A stretch of DNA of 64,000 bases from Thermoanaerobaculia bacterium. Lineage in GTDB: Bacteria; Acidobacteriota; Thermoanaerobaculia; Multivoradales; Multivoraceae. Of the stretch, positions 28,060 to 37,566 are shown one piece after another. A program made the position numbers and the translations under genes. The DNA lies in NCBI GenBank assembly GCA_963664405.1, contig OY761158.1, forward strand, positions 2,912,001-2,976,000, read 5' to 3'. Within the stretch, counting starts at the first letter, position 1, and each line of letters begins with the position of its first letter. The notes under the pieces are model-generated. The model was not told the DNA's origin, searched no databases, and worked only from the letters and a program-made list of their open reading frames with translations.

Positions 28060-28941
28060 CTATCGATTCTCTTCCTCTTCGAGAGCGGTCTCGAGCTCCA
28101 AGAGGCGGCGCTCAACCGTCTTCATCCGGTGCTCCACTTGCTCCCAATCCATGGTCTGAATTCGCTTCAGGCGGCCCCTCCACTCGTCGCTGTCGAAGTA
28201 TTCGTTGAGGTGCTCCAGGGTCTCCTCCAGGTCCTCGTACCGGGGGACGTGGATCTGGGTCAGCTGGCGTAACTGCGGATCGTCCGGACCCAGTTGCTCA
28301 AGGTGGAGTGCCTTCGGTCCGTCTTCGCTGAGCATGAAGGCGCGGTGGCCCTGGAGTAGATCTTTAGTGAGGTCGACCACCATTCGCGAGCTCTGCTCGA
28401 CGCCCACTTGGAGGGTGATCTCTTCTTCGTCTCTCCAAACGCCCAATGAGACCTCTGAATCAGGCTCGGTGGCGTTGACTGCTCTTGACAGCTCAGTAGA
28501 GGCTGCGATTGGAGCGCCGCCGGCGGCCATGATGATGTCGCCGACTCGGATTCCCGCCCGCTCGGCTGGGGTTCCATCGAGGACCTTTGAGACCATGACT
28601 CCTTTTTCGGGAGGTACGCCGAAGTGCTCGCGCAGCTCGGGTGTCAGAGCCAGGAGCTGGACCCCGATGAATCGGCGGTGGCCAGCGAAGTCGAGGTAGC
28701 GCAGCTGCGTGCCGGCGTTGCCGGCATCCTTCAACCAAGTCAAACCGTGATGCTGCAGAGTATCTGTATTGCCGTCCTCGTCGACAAAGACCGCGGTGAC
28801 GAGTGCGCCCGGCTGACCGGGTACGCCCGTCTGAACTTCGATTCGCTTGCGGACCTGGCGCTCTTGGGCGTAGAAGGGGTCGGGCAGGCCGACGAGGGAA
28901 AGAAGAAATATCGACCACGAAATCTTGGAGTTGATACGCAT
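28060..28941 (-). CDS. Exported PDZ-domain protein
   Basis: Signal peptide; FIGVQL..LTPELREHFG..GVMVSKV..GTPAERAGIRVGDII; no trypsin protease domain. Confidence 0.85.
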   Translation of the reverse strand: MRINSKISWSIFLLSLVGLPDPFYAQERQVRKRIEVQTGVPGQPGALVTAVFVDEDGNTDTLQHHGLTWLKDAGNAGTQLRYLDFAGHRRFIGVQLLALTPELREHFGVPPEKGVMVSKVLDGTPAERAGIRVGDIIMAAGGAPIAASTELSRAVNATEPDSEVSLGVWRDEEEITLQVGVEQSSRMVVDLTKDLLQGHRAFMLSEDGPKALHLEQLGPDDPQLRQLTQIHVPRYEDLEETLEHLNEYFDSDEWRGRLKRIQTMDWEQVEHRMKTVERRLLELETALEEEENR

Positions 28942-28958
28942 AGCGAGGTCCTCGTTGA

Positions 28959-29378
28959 CTACTGCGGGAAGCGATAGGAGACTGGAATCGATTTGCCTTC
29001 GCGCCCTTGCGATAGCTCTTGCAGGTCGAGAACGAAATCGACCTCGCCTCCACCTTCCACTCCGACGATCGGTTGTGACTCGGCCACGAAACGGCGAAGC
29101 TGTCGCAGCTCGGCCTCGAGATCTCTGTACTCATGCTGCATCGATTCGACGCGCTGTCGAGCCACTTGCTCCTGCTCTTGGGCGATCCTCTGGCGCCAGG
29201 CCAAGGGGGCGGCAATGAGAAGGACCGCGGCGACGAGCCCGAACGCTAAGAGGGGCATGGGTGACCTTCTCCGTTGGGAGCGTTCCTCGATTCGCGCCAG
29301 CACTCTGGTTTTGAAACCGGGTGAGGCCTCCGCTCTAGGAGTCCGGCGCAGAAGTGTGCGTAGGTCTTGGTCGTTCAT
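28959..29378 (-). CDS. Putative membrane anti-sigma factor
   Basis: ATGA overlap with the ECF sigma stop; N-terminal ASPGFKTRVLARI, one TM helix, coiled coil. Confidence 0.7.
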   Translation of the reverse strand: MNDQDLRTLLRRTPRAEASPGFKTRVLARIEERSQRRRSPMPLLAFGLVAAVLLIAAPLAWRQRIAQEQEQVARQRVESMQHEYRDLEAELRQLRRFVAESQPIVGVEGGGEVDFVLDLQELSQGREGKSIPVSYRFPQ

Positions 29379-29968
29379 CGTGCATCTCCGAGCCAATAAG
29401 GCGCGAGCAGCGTTTTCAGTTTCTCTCGGCCGCGACTTATTCGCGACTTGACGGTCCCTTCGCGGCAGCCGAGTGCCGTGGCGATCTCGCGGTAGGAGAG
29501 TCCCTCGATCTCTCGTAGCACTAGGGGAGCGCGGTAGCGCAGAGGCAGCTGCGAAAGTGCCCAGTCCACCTCCCGCGTTGCTTCGTTGCTCATAGCCAGA
29601 CGGTGGGGGGTTGGTGGTGGAGGGCGCATCTCGCCCTTGACCTGCCCCGAGAGCACTCGCCACCGCTTGGCGCGGCGCTGTTCCGAGCGCAAGAGGTTGA
29701 CGGCGATGCGGAGCAGATAGGACAACAGTTGCCCTTGCTCTTGGTAGTAAGAGGACTTCTGGTAAAGACGAAGAAACGCCTCCTGAGCGAGCTCTTCGGC
29801 GCGATCTCGGTCTCGTGTGAGGCGGGTCAGGTAGTTCACGACTCCGTGTTTGTGGCGGTCGATGAGGTCCCCGAAGGCATCTTTGTCGCCTTCCTTGACG
29901 CGGAACATGAGCGAGGCGTCGCTCTCGACGGCGACACCGATAGCAGGACTGGCTATTCCCACGTTCAC
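29375..29968 (-). CDS. ECF sigma-70 factor
   Basis: AEELAQEAFL region 2; LVLREIEGLSYREIA..GTVKSRISRGR region 4. Confidence 0.94.
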   Translation of the reverse strand: MNVGIASPAIGVAVESDASLMFRVKEGDKDAFGDLIDRHKHGVVNYLTRLTRDRDRAEELAQEAFLRLYQKSSYYQEQGQLLSYLLRIAVNLLRSEQRRAKRWRVLSGQVKGEMRPPPPTPHRLAMSNEATREVDWALSQLPLRYRAPLVLREIEGLSYREIATALGCREGTVKSRISRGREKLKTLLAPYWLGDAR

Positions 29969-30063
29969 ACCGACTTCCTCACAGAGACAGTAACGCGTGG
30001 GAGTCGAGAAGGTTCCAGCGGAGTCCCAACTTCTTTCAGCAGCCACTATGATGGTCTCCGCTC

Positions 30064-31878
30064 ATGGCAGAGACCGGACTCCCCGACCTGCGCTCCTTTC
30101 TCGGCGAGCTTCGCGCCCGCGGCGATGTGGCAGAGATAGAAGCGCCCGTCAGCGCCCACCTGGAGCTTGCCGAGATCCATCGGCGAGTGATCGCTGCGGG
30201 CGGGCCGGCGCTCTTGTTCAAGAACGTCGGCGGTGCGTCGTACCCTTGTGTGACCAACCTCTTCGGCACCGCCGATCGGGCCATGTTGGCCTTCGGCGAG
30301 CGACCGTTCCGGTTGATTCGCAGGCTTGTCGAGGTTGCCCAGGAGCTTGCACCGCCAAGTGCCGCGAAGCTTTGGCAGGCTCGCGACATCGCCGCTGACG
30401 CCCTGCGCATCGGTACACGCAGGACTCGACATGCCCCGGTGCTCGAAGTGGTCGAGCGTGATCCCGATCTGGGGCGCTTGCCGGCGCTGACCAGTTGGCC
30501 GGAGGATGGGGGCCCCTTTCTCACCCTCCCTCTGGTGTACACCGAGCACCCCGAAAACGGCAGTCACAACCTCGGGATCTACCGGATGCAGATCCATGAC
30601 CGCCGGTCCACCGGCATGCACTGGCAGATTGGTAAGGGCGGCGCCTTTCACCATGCGCTTGCCGAGGCTCGTGAAGAGAGTCTGCCGGTGACCGTCTTTC
30701 TCGGAGGACCCCCTGCGCTCATACTCTCGGCAATCGCCCCCCTTCCGGAGAATCTTCCGGAGTTGATGTTGGCCTCTCTTCTGGTGGGGCGGCGGCTCGG
30801 TATGAAGGAGGGAGCCGGCCCTCATCGCTTGGTCGCCGATGCCGAATTCGCTCTAGTGGGTCGGGTGCCGCAGGGGTTGCGTAAGCCCGAGGGACCCTTT
30901 GGCGACCATTACGGCTATTACTCTCTGCAGCACGACTATCCGGTCTTCGAGACTGAGCTGATCGCTCATCGTCGAGACGCGATCTACCCGGCGACCGTGG
31001 TTGGGAAGCCGCGCCAGGAGGATTTCTTCATCGGTGATTTGCTGCAGGACCTACTCTCTCCCCTTTTCCCGCTGGTGATGCCGGGAGTGGAGTCTTTGTG
31101 GTCCTATGGCGAGACCGGCTATCACGCGCTCGCCGCGGCGGTCGTCCGCCAGCGTTACAAGCGGGAGGCGCTCACCTCAGCTTGGCGAATCCTCGGTGAG
31201 GGCCAGCTCTCGCTGACGAAGTTTCTTCTGGTCACCGATCGATCCGTAGACCTGCGCGACTTTCGAGCCACGCTGCAGCACATTCTCGAAAGAACGCGCC
31301 CGCAGACCGATCTCTACATCTTGGCGAACACGTCGATGGACACTCTCGACTACTCCGGAATCGAGGTCAACGAGGGATCGAAAGGAGTTCTCTTCGGATT
31401 GGGCGAGCCGGTCCGAGACCTTCCGCGACAGCTACCCGACGGTGAGCCGCCGTCAGGGGTGCGGCGGGTCGAGGTCTTTTGTCCAGGGTGCCTGGTTGTC
31501 GAGGGGCCGGCGAAGGCCGAGGAGCCGGATCTGGGCTCCCGAGTCGCCTCTCATCCGGCCTTCCGAGAGTGGCCCTTGATCGTGCTCAGTGACGAAGCTC
31601 GGCGTACTGCGCAAAGCTCGATCAACTTTCTATGGACCACCTTCACTCGCTTCGAGCCCGCCAGGGACGTTTGCGCCCGAGAGCGCCGCCTCGAGGGTAA
31701 TCACGTCGCCTTCGAGCCGCCTCTGGTGCTCGATGCGCGACTCCGCGAGGGTTTTCCGGCCGAGCTCGTGTGCAGCCCGGAGATCGCCGAGCTGGTCAGC
31801 CGTCGATGGTCGGAGTACTTCCCCGACGGCATGGAGATGGGAGATTCCGACTCCGCTCACCTAACCCGGGCGGACTAG
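30064..31878 (+). CDS. UbiD-family prFMN-dependent decarboxylase
   Basis: NLFGT, WPEDGGPFLTLP, NLGIYRMQ, PEGPFGDHYGYY. Confidence 0.92.
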   Translation: MAETGLPDLRSFLGELRARGDVAEIEAPVSAHLELAEIHRRVIAAGGPALLFKNVGGASYPCVTNLFGTADRAMLAFGERPFRLIRRLVEVAQELAPPSAAKLWQARDIAADALRIGTRRTRHAPVLEVVERDPDLGRLPALTSWPEDGGPFLTLPLVYTEHPENGSHNLGIYRMQIHDRRSTGMHWQIGKGGAFHHALAEAREESLPVTVFLGGPPALILSAIAPLPENLPELMLASLLVGRRLGMKEGAGPHRLVADAEFALVGRVPQGLRKPEGPFGDHYGYYSLQHDYPVFETELIAHRRDAIYPATVVGKPRQEDFFIGDLLQDLLSPLFPLVMPGVESLWSYGETGYHALAAAVVRQRYKREALTSAWRILGEGQLSLTKFLLVTDRSVDLRDFRATLQHILERTRPQTDLYILANTSMDTLDYSGIEVNEGSKGVLFGLGEPVRDLPRQLPDGEPPSGVRRVEVFCPGCLVVEGPAKAEEPDLGSRVASHPAFREWPLIVLSDEARRTAQSSINFLWTTFTRFEPARDVCARERRLEGNHVAFEPPLVLDARLREGFPAELVCSPEIAELVSRRWSEYFPDGMEMGDSDSAHLTRAD

Positions 31879-32208
31879 GGCGAGCCAGGCGGCCACGGCC
31901 CCGAGGGCAGGCAGCGCAAAGAGCAATGGGACGCGAAGCTGGGGAGCTCGCTTGATCAGCACCACGATGCCGCCGAAGATCAGCCAGATCAGGATCTTCA
32001 ACCACAGCCAAAGGGGCAGTGAGGCACCGAGTCCCGCGCTCGCAGTGGCTCCCAGGCCCGAGAGCAGCACGACGATGAGACCGATCCCATGGGTCATGCC
32101 GCCGAGCTTGCGGCTTCGATCACCTTCGGTCGTCGACGTTTGAAGACAGAGAGCGCCGAGGCCGGCGAAGACGAGGAAGACTCCGAGGAGATGAACGACC
32201 GTAAACAT
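31861..32208 (-). CDS. Small 4-TM membrane protein
   Basis: Four hydrophobic helices with HLLG, HG and WLWLK motifs. Confidence 0.7.
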   Translation of the reverse strand: MFTVVHLLGVFLVFAGLGALCLQTSTTEGDRSRKLGGMTHGIGLIVVLLSGLGATASAGLGASLPLWLWLKILIWLIFGGIVVLIKRAPQLRVPLLFALPALGAVAAWLALVRPG

Positions 32209-32342
32209 GCTTGCTCCTGAAGGGTAGTCGACTTTTTGAACGACCGCCGTCGTTTGCCGTATTAGAGACTAGCACCCCGAGACCGCGAGGGGCTTCAGGG
32301 CGCCGTGAGAAGATCTGCGAAGAAAGGGAAGCACGGAGACCC

Positions 32343-32897
32343 ATGGGAAACAAACGATCCTCCCGCTTCGGCGGGGTGCTGTGGGGTGGGGTTCTTGTCG
32401 CCCTAGGCACTTATCTTCTACTCGCAAAGCTGGGGCTCGATACGCCCGATCTGGGAACTCTCTGGCCGATCTTTCCCTTCACTCTGGGCGTTGCCTTTCT
32501 GGCTTCGTTCTTCGGCGGCGAGAGCCGTGACCCCGGCCCCGTCTGTCCAGGTACTCTTGGAGTGCTCCTGGGTCTCTTCTTCTTCGCCTTCACTCTCGGA
32601 TTTCTGAGCTGGGAAGATATGGGTGTTCTTTGGCCCTGCTTTCCGCTCATTGTCGGTCTATCCTTCTTGGCGACCTGGCTCGCCTACCGCGGTAAACAGC
32701 CGGGCCTCTTGGTGCCTGCCGGAATCAATCTGCTGGTCGGTCTCGGGGGGCTTGCGCTAACTCTCGGGGTGGTCGATCTGGACACGGCTCAACTCGCGTG
32801 GCCGATTGCGCTCATTGCAGTCGGCGTTGCGATTGTCCTTCACGCCTTGTTTTCAGGGCGTGCTCGGAGGCGGTCCGTCGGTGGAGCTGGGGAGTAA
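32343..32897 (+). CDS. Membrane protein with repeated LWP motifs (LiaF/DUF5668-like)
   Basis: WGGVLVALG, LWPIF, LWPCF, AWPIAL; start ATG 32343. Confidence 0.65.
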   Translation: MGNKRSSRFGGVLWGGVLVALGTYLLLAKLGLDTPDLGTLWPIFPFTLGVAFLASFFGGESRDPGPVCPGTLGVLLGLFFFAFTLGFLSWEDMGVLWPCFPLIVGLSFLATWLAYRGKQPGLLVPAGINLLVGLGGLALTLGVVDLDTAQLAWPIALIAVGVAIVLHALFSGRARRRSVGGAGE

Positions 32898-32906
32898 AGG
32901 CGCCGG

Positions 32907-34025
32907 CTATCTGCGGAAGCTCTCGTTGAGCTCGATCAGGTAGAGACCTTCCTGGATCTGCCCCGAGGTGGACCAGATGACGTGGGCGAGAATCTCGTCG
33001 CCACCTGGACTCTGCGCGAAGTCGTCGACGATTGCGGCGCGCATGGACTCTGGTGCCGAGTCGTCGTTGAAGCGAGTGAGGCGCTGCTTGTTGTCGCCGT
33101 CGGCGTCCATGACCCACAAGTCGCGTAGCTGCTCGAAGGGAAGATCGCTGTTTTCATCTGCATCTTTGAGAGTGATCTCGTTCGCCGAGATCCACAGAAT
33201 GCGGTCTCCCTTCACCGTGTAGTGGGCCTTTTCGTCCCAAGCCCGCTGGGTGTGGGAGAGCCGTTCGAAAGAGCCTCTCTCGAACCCGAGTCGGTAGACG
33301 TCCATGCCGTTCTCACCTTGACCGGGCTCCAGATTGCCGGCCACCAGCGCACCCTGGTCATCCGGAGTGAACCCCGATCCGGACATGAATAGATGCTGAG
33401 GTCGCGGATTGAAGGTCCGTGGCTTGCCGAGGCGAGGGACGCGGCGCAGCTTGATCTCGGCCACGCGCAGGACCCATCTTCCCCACCGTCCGATTCGGCT
33501 GCGAACCCGCTCGCTCCACAGCAGTTGGTTCCCTTCGTGAGAGAAGTGCGGGTCGAGAACAGCTCCACCTTGCTCCGCCGAGCGGGTGATCTGCCACCAG
33601 CTCTTGCCGTCTTTGGTCATCAGCCACAGGTCACTGTGGAGACCCCGATTGCCGGTGGCGAGGTCGATCGGGTCGAGCGCGAGCCGGCCCGGGAGATTCT
33701 GTACCTGGAACACCAGGTAGTCCCCCGAGGGGTGCCAGGTCGGGTTGAAGCTGTTCTTCTTACGTAGATCGAAGGGGTCGCAGGTCAGACAGCGCTCGAA
33801 GGTACCGTCGCGCTTCATGGTCCAGAGTTGGTAGTGGCCGCTGCTGCCCTCTTTGTCGAAGGCGAGCCAGTCGCCCTGCGCCGACCAGGCGACGCGGCCG
33901 GCTCCCTTCTTGAACAGGCTGATCTTCTTGACCAGGGGGTCGGCCTCGTCGGCGGGAGCCGCAAGAACTACCCCGCTGATAGCTCCGATGAGGAAGGCAG
34001 CAAGAGAGATCGCGCCTGCACGCAC
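32907..34025 (-). CDS. TolB-like (PD40) beta-propeller exported protein
   Basis: Signal peptide; repeated WSAQGD, PTWHPSGD, PHFSHEG, FTPDD motifs. Confidence 0.8.
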   Translation of the reverse strand: MRAGAISLAAFLIGAISGVVLAAPADEADPLVKKISLFKKGAGRVAWSAQGDWLAFDKEGSSGHYQLWTMKRDGTFERCLTCDPFDLRKKNSFNPTWHPSGDYLVFQVQNLPGRLALDPIDLATGNRGLHSDLWLMTKDGKSWWQITRSAEQGGAVLDPHFSHEGNQLLWSERVRSRIGRWGRWVLRVAEIKLRRVPRLGKPRTFNPRPQHLFMSGSGFTPDDQGALVAGNLEPGQGENGMDVYRLGFERGSFERLSHTQRAWDEKAHYTVKGDRILWISANEITLKDADENSDLPFEQLRDLWVMDADGDNKQRLTRFNDDSAPESMRAAIVDDFAQSPGGDEILAHVIWSTSGQIQEGLYLIELNESFRR

Positions 34026-34110
34026 GTTTGGGCAACCCCGCCGCCGGCGGGGGAATTCCCCTTTCGCGCGTAGATCGCTAAGCTTGCTTATCCGCCAACC
34101 TGGGACTCCG

Positions 34111-35229
34111 ATGTCGCGCACTCTACTCGCCCTTTTCTGTTCCGCCATTCTGGTGGGGGTCGCTCCGTTCATGCGGGTCCTTCAAGCGTGGGTGCGCAAA
34201 CAGAGCCACGGAGAGTTCGTGACCTGGATGGCCGTCTTCTTCGGGGTCATGATTCTTGCCGTGCTGGTGCTAGTTGTTGTTCGCATCCGAGAGCATCGCC
34301 TCCGCCGTTATGGCCTGCTCATTGTGGCGCTCGCTCTCATGTCTCTGCAACTCTTCGGCCTGAATCGCGACGATCCCCGTGTCAACGCCGTCGAGAGGAT
34401 TCACTTTCTCTTTTACGGCGGCATTGCCTACCTCTACTTTGCAGCCTTCCGGCGGCGTGGCGTGCTCAACGCAGTCCTTCTGGCATTCGGTGCCTCTTTG
34501 ATCGTGGCGGTGATGGACGAGTCGGTGCAGTGGTTTTTCGCCAATCGAACCGGCGAGGTCATGGACGTCCTTCTCAACGCTTACGCGACCGTGGTCGGGC
34601 TTCTGGTGAGTCTGGCTTTCGATGTGCGAGGCGCGCAGGGTTCCGCTCGTCCGAAGCTAGAACTGCGGCTCATGGGTCGCATGCTCGCCTGCGATCTCGT
34701 CTTGGTCGCCGCCTTCATTCACTTCGCTCATCTCGGCTACTCGCTCGAGGATGAGGGCATCGGCCGCTTTCGCTCGTATTTCACTCTCGAGCAGTTGGAA
34801 GAGATCGGCGAAGCTCGACTGCGCAGTTGGGCGGAAGAGAAGCCCTGGCCGGAGCGCTCGCTCGATAGGGAAGACCAGTATCGCCGCGAAGCCGAGCGAC
34901 GGGTTCAGCACCGCAATGCCTCCTTCGAGCGTGGCGATTTCTACCAGGCGTGGAAAGAGAATCTGATTCTCGAGAAGTACTACCAGCCGGTCCTGAAGCT
35001 GGAAGAGATGGGTGCTCGGAAGGGTATGTACCGTTTCTCGCCGACCAATTTGGAGCAGCTCGAGGCGAGCAGACCGCGTGGCGATCTCTACCCTTACGAC
35101 AGCCCCGCCGGAAGGGGAGTGGTGTGGGTGCGGCCGGGGAAGGGGGTGTTGTGGGTGGTGACAGTGTTGTTGGTGGTTGTGGTGTTGGCGCTGACGCGGG
35201 GGAGGGCAGAAGTAAGGAGTGAGGAGTAA
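34111..35229 (+). CDS. VanZ-family membrane protein
   Basis: ERIHFLFYG, DESVQWFFANRTGEVMDVLLN; last codons (VRSEE*) lie in the 7-mer array. Confidence 0.8.
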   Translation: MSRTLLALFCSAILVGVAPFMRVLQAWVRKQSHGEFVTWMAVFFGVMILAVLVLVVVRIREHRLRRYGLLIVALALMSLQLFGLNRDDPRVNAVERIHFLFYGGIAYLYFAAFRRRGVLNAVLLAFGASLIVAVMDESVQWFFANRTGEVMDVLLNAYATVVGLLVSLAFDVRGAQGSARPKLELRLMGRMLACDLVLVAAFIHFAHLGYSLEDEGIGRFRSYFTLEQLEEIGEARLRSWAEEKPWPERSLDREDQYRREAERRVQHRNASFERGDFYQAWKENLILEKYYQPVLKLEEMGARKGMYRFSPTNLEQLEASRPRGDLYPYDSPAGRGVVWVRPGKGVLWVVTVLLVVVVLALTRGRAEVRSEE

Positions 35230-35247
35230 GGAGTGAGGAGTAAGGAG
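35210..35247 (+). repeat. Purine-rich 7-mer tandem array (AGTRAGG)x5, left arm of cassette 1
   Basis: agtaagg agtgagg agtaagg agtgagg agtaagg ag. Confidence 0.95.
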
Positions 35248-35290
35248 CTTGGGATGCGAGGTGGATGGCGGCACTTTCGTCTTCTAGGTT

Positions 35291-35680
35291 GTGGACAGCG
35301 GTCTTCCCTTCGCTCGGAGCTTCGAGGATCTGGTGGTGTACCAGAGCGCGCTTCGCGTGAGCGAGAGAATCTTTGAGGTCACGAAAAGGTTTCCCCGTGA
35401 AGAGCGCTACTCGCTCACGGATCAGATCCGACGTGCTTCAAGGAGTATTGGTGCCCAGATCGCTGAGGCGTGGGGCAAGAGGCGCTACGAGCGTCACTTC
35501 GTCTCCAAGATCTCCGACGCTGACGCCGAGAGTCTAGAGACTCAGCACTGGCTGCGCGTGGCCAGACTGTGTGGTTATCTCGAGGAAGGCGAAGCGAACG
35601 CTTTGCACGACAGCCTAGACGAGATCGGGAAAATGCTTCGCTCCATTACCCTCCAAGCGTCCAGTTTCTGCCGAAAGTAG
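35291..35680 (+). CDS. Four-helix-bundle protein (23S rRNA-IVP / Avd-like family)
   Basis: FEDLVVYQ, FPREERYSLTDQIRRASRSIGAQIAEAW, ETQHWL, CGYL. Confidence 0.93.
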   Translation: MDSGLPFARSFEDLVVYQSALRVSERIFEVTKRFPREERYSLTDQIRRASRSIGAQIAEAWGKRRYERHFVSKISDADAESLETQHWLRVARLCGYLEEGEANALHDSLDEIGKMLRSITLQASSFCRK

Positions 35681-35705
35681 CGAGGCGTGGGGAACCAACC
35701 TACCC

Positions 35706-35764
35706 ACTCCTTACTCCTTACTCCTCACTCCTCACTCCTTACTCCTCACTCCTCACTTCCCACT
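35706..35764 (-). repeat. Complementary 7-mer array (CCTYACT)x7 plus a degenerate unit, right arm of cassette 1
   Basis: ccttact ccttact cctcact cctcact ccttact cctcact cctcact tcccact, the reverse complement of the left-arm unit. Confidence 0.95.
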
Positions 35765-37509
35765 CCCACCGCTCCCCCGCCACGACGCGGGTCCGCAACA
35801 CCGATCCAGCCACCGCCTACACGCATGATCGCAGCGATGTCCCCGCTGTACCCGTCACGCTGTTCGAGCGTATGGCCGAAGGCTTCGAGCTCTCCCACGG
35901 TCTCCTCGCTCAGCCCGCCCTGCTCGTAGAAGACGAGGTCGGGAAGGGCCTGGTGGTGGACTCGGGGCGCAGCTACCGCCTCACCGAGGCTCATGCCATG
36001 GTCGAGCACGTTGGAGAGGACGTGGAAGACCGAGGTGATGATGGTCGACCCTCCCGAAGTTCCGACGACCATCAACAGCTCGCCTTGAGGGCTCTCTACG
36101 ATCGTCGGCGTCATCGATGAGAGCATTCTCTTCCCCGGTGCAATCGCGTTCGCTTCTCCCTGCACCAATTGGAACTGGTTCGGCGATCCCGGCTTGGCAG
36201 CGAAGTCGTCCATCTCGTTGTTGAGCAGGAAGCCCGCCCCGGTCACCGTGACACCGTTGCCGTAAGACGAGTTGAGGGTCACTGTCACTGCCGCCGCACG
36301 TCCTTCAGCATCGACCACCGAATAGTGTGTCGTCGACTCGCTCTCGCGCTCGTAGGCAACGACTGGAGTCTCGCCGGCACGCCCAGGTTGGATCCGAGAA
36401 CGGAGCTCTGTGGCGTACTCATCGGAAAGCATTCTCTCCAACGGTAGATCGACAAAATCGGAATCGCCTAGATGAAGATTGCGTTCGAGGAAGGCCCAGC
36501 GCATCGCCTCGGCCTCGACGTGCACCAGCTCGCCCGAGCCGAATGGGGGGAGGTTTTCGTAACCTTGCAAGATGTTCAAGATCAGAGCCAGCGTGACTCC
36601 TCCCGATGATGAGGGGGGCATGGACCACAGCAGGTGGTCTCGGTAGCGCACCCTCACCGGCTCTCGCCAAACCGCCTCATAGGCAGTCAGGTCCTGGTGG
36701 TTGATGAGCCCACCGCCTCTCGTCATCTCGGCCACCAAGAGATCCGCGGTTTGGCCGTTGTAGAACTCCTGCGCGCCCTCGTTGGCGATTCGAGTGAGAG
36801 TCTTCTCGAGGTCGGGCTGGGCCCATCGGTAGCCTGGCTGCGGCGCCTCGCCGTCGGGAAGGAATTGGCGTGCCGAAGGCTCGAAACGTTCCAGTCGAGA
36901 CTTCCCGTCGGCGAGGTGGCTGGAGCGCAGTTCGTCTATCTCGTGGCCACGGGCGAGTGAGATCGCCGGCTCGACCAGGTCGGCCCAGGGCAGGGTTGCG
37001 TAGTGCTGGTGCATCTCCGAAAAGCCGGCGACCGATCCCGGCACTCCGCTGGCCCGATGCCCGATTCGACTGTCCTGGGTGAGCTCGCCGTCGGCGTCGA
37101 GATACATGTCTCGGCTGGCGCCTGCCGGTGCGGTCTCTCGGAAGTCGAGAGCGTGAACCGCGCCGTCGTCCTCTCGATAGACGAGGAAGCCGCCGCCGCC
37201 CAGATTGCCTGATTCGGGCAGCACCACGGCGAGTGCGAAGCCGACAGCTACCGCTGCGTCGATGGCGTTGCCCCCCTGCTCGAGGATCTTGGCCCCTACC
37301 GCGCTCGCCAGCGGATGCCCACTGACCACCATCCCTTCGGTCGCCTCCACTGGCCGGGTGCGCTCGAGCAGAGACCAGCCGCTCGGAAACAACGGGTCAT
37401 CCACCCGTTCGTGCTGTGGCTTCTCGTGCTCGCGACAGGCCGGCACTGCTGCCGCCACGACCAGTAGGACGACGAGCCAGCGGAGGTGCGTGCTAGTGTT
37501 TGGTGACAC
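35746..37509 (-). CDS. ggt: Gamma-glutamyltransferase
   Basis: GGNAIDAA, GGGGF, DFRETAP, TTHYSVVD (Thr nucleophile), NNEMDDF, KRMLSSMTP; GTG 37509 with GGGAGG SD; stop lies in the 7-mer array. Confidence 0.95.
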   Translation of the reverse strand: MSPNTSTHLRWLVVLLVVAAAVPACREHEKPQHERVDDPLFPSGWSLLERTRPVEATEGMVVSGHPLASAVGAKILEQGGNAIDAAVAVGFALAVVLPESGNLGGGGFLVYREDDGAVHALDFRETAPAGASRDMYLDADGELTQDSRIGHRASGVPGSVAGFSEMHQHYATLPWADLVEPAISLARGHEIDELRSSHLADGKSRLERFEPSARQFLPDGEAPQPGYRWAQPDLEKTLTRIANEGAQEFYNGQTADLLVAEMTRGGGLINHQDLTAYEAVWREPVRVRYRDHLLWSMPPSSSGGVTLALILNILQGYENLPPFGSGELVHVEAEAMRWAFLERNLHLGDSDFVDLPLERMLSDEYATELRSRIQPGRAGETPVVAYERESESTTHYSVVDAEGRAAAVTVTLNSSYGNGVTVTGAGFLLNNEMDDFAAKPGSPNQFQLVQGEANAIAPGKRMLSSMTPTIVESPQGELLMVVGTSGGSTIITSVFHVLSNVLDHGMSLGEAVAAPRVHHQALPDLVFYEQGGLSEETVGELEAFGHTLEQRDGYSGDIAAIMRVGGGWIGVADPRRGGGAVGVGSEE

Positions 37510-37566
37510 AGATACCTCCCGCAGAGCGTTGACTACACGATCGCAACGAGACCAGAGCTCGCGACC

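Noticed and set aside
35291-35680. 23S rRNA intervening sequence
   Set aside because: Flanks are protein-coding genes and no rRNA sequence is recognisable
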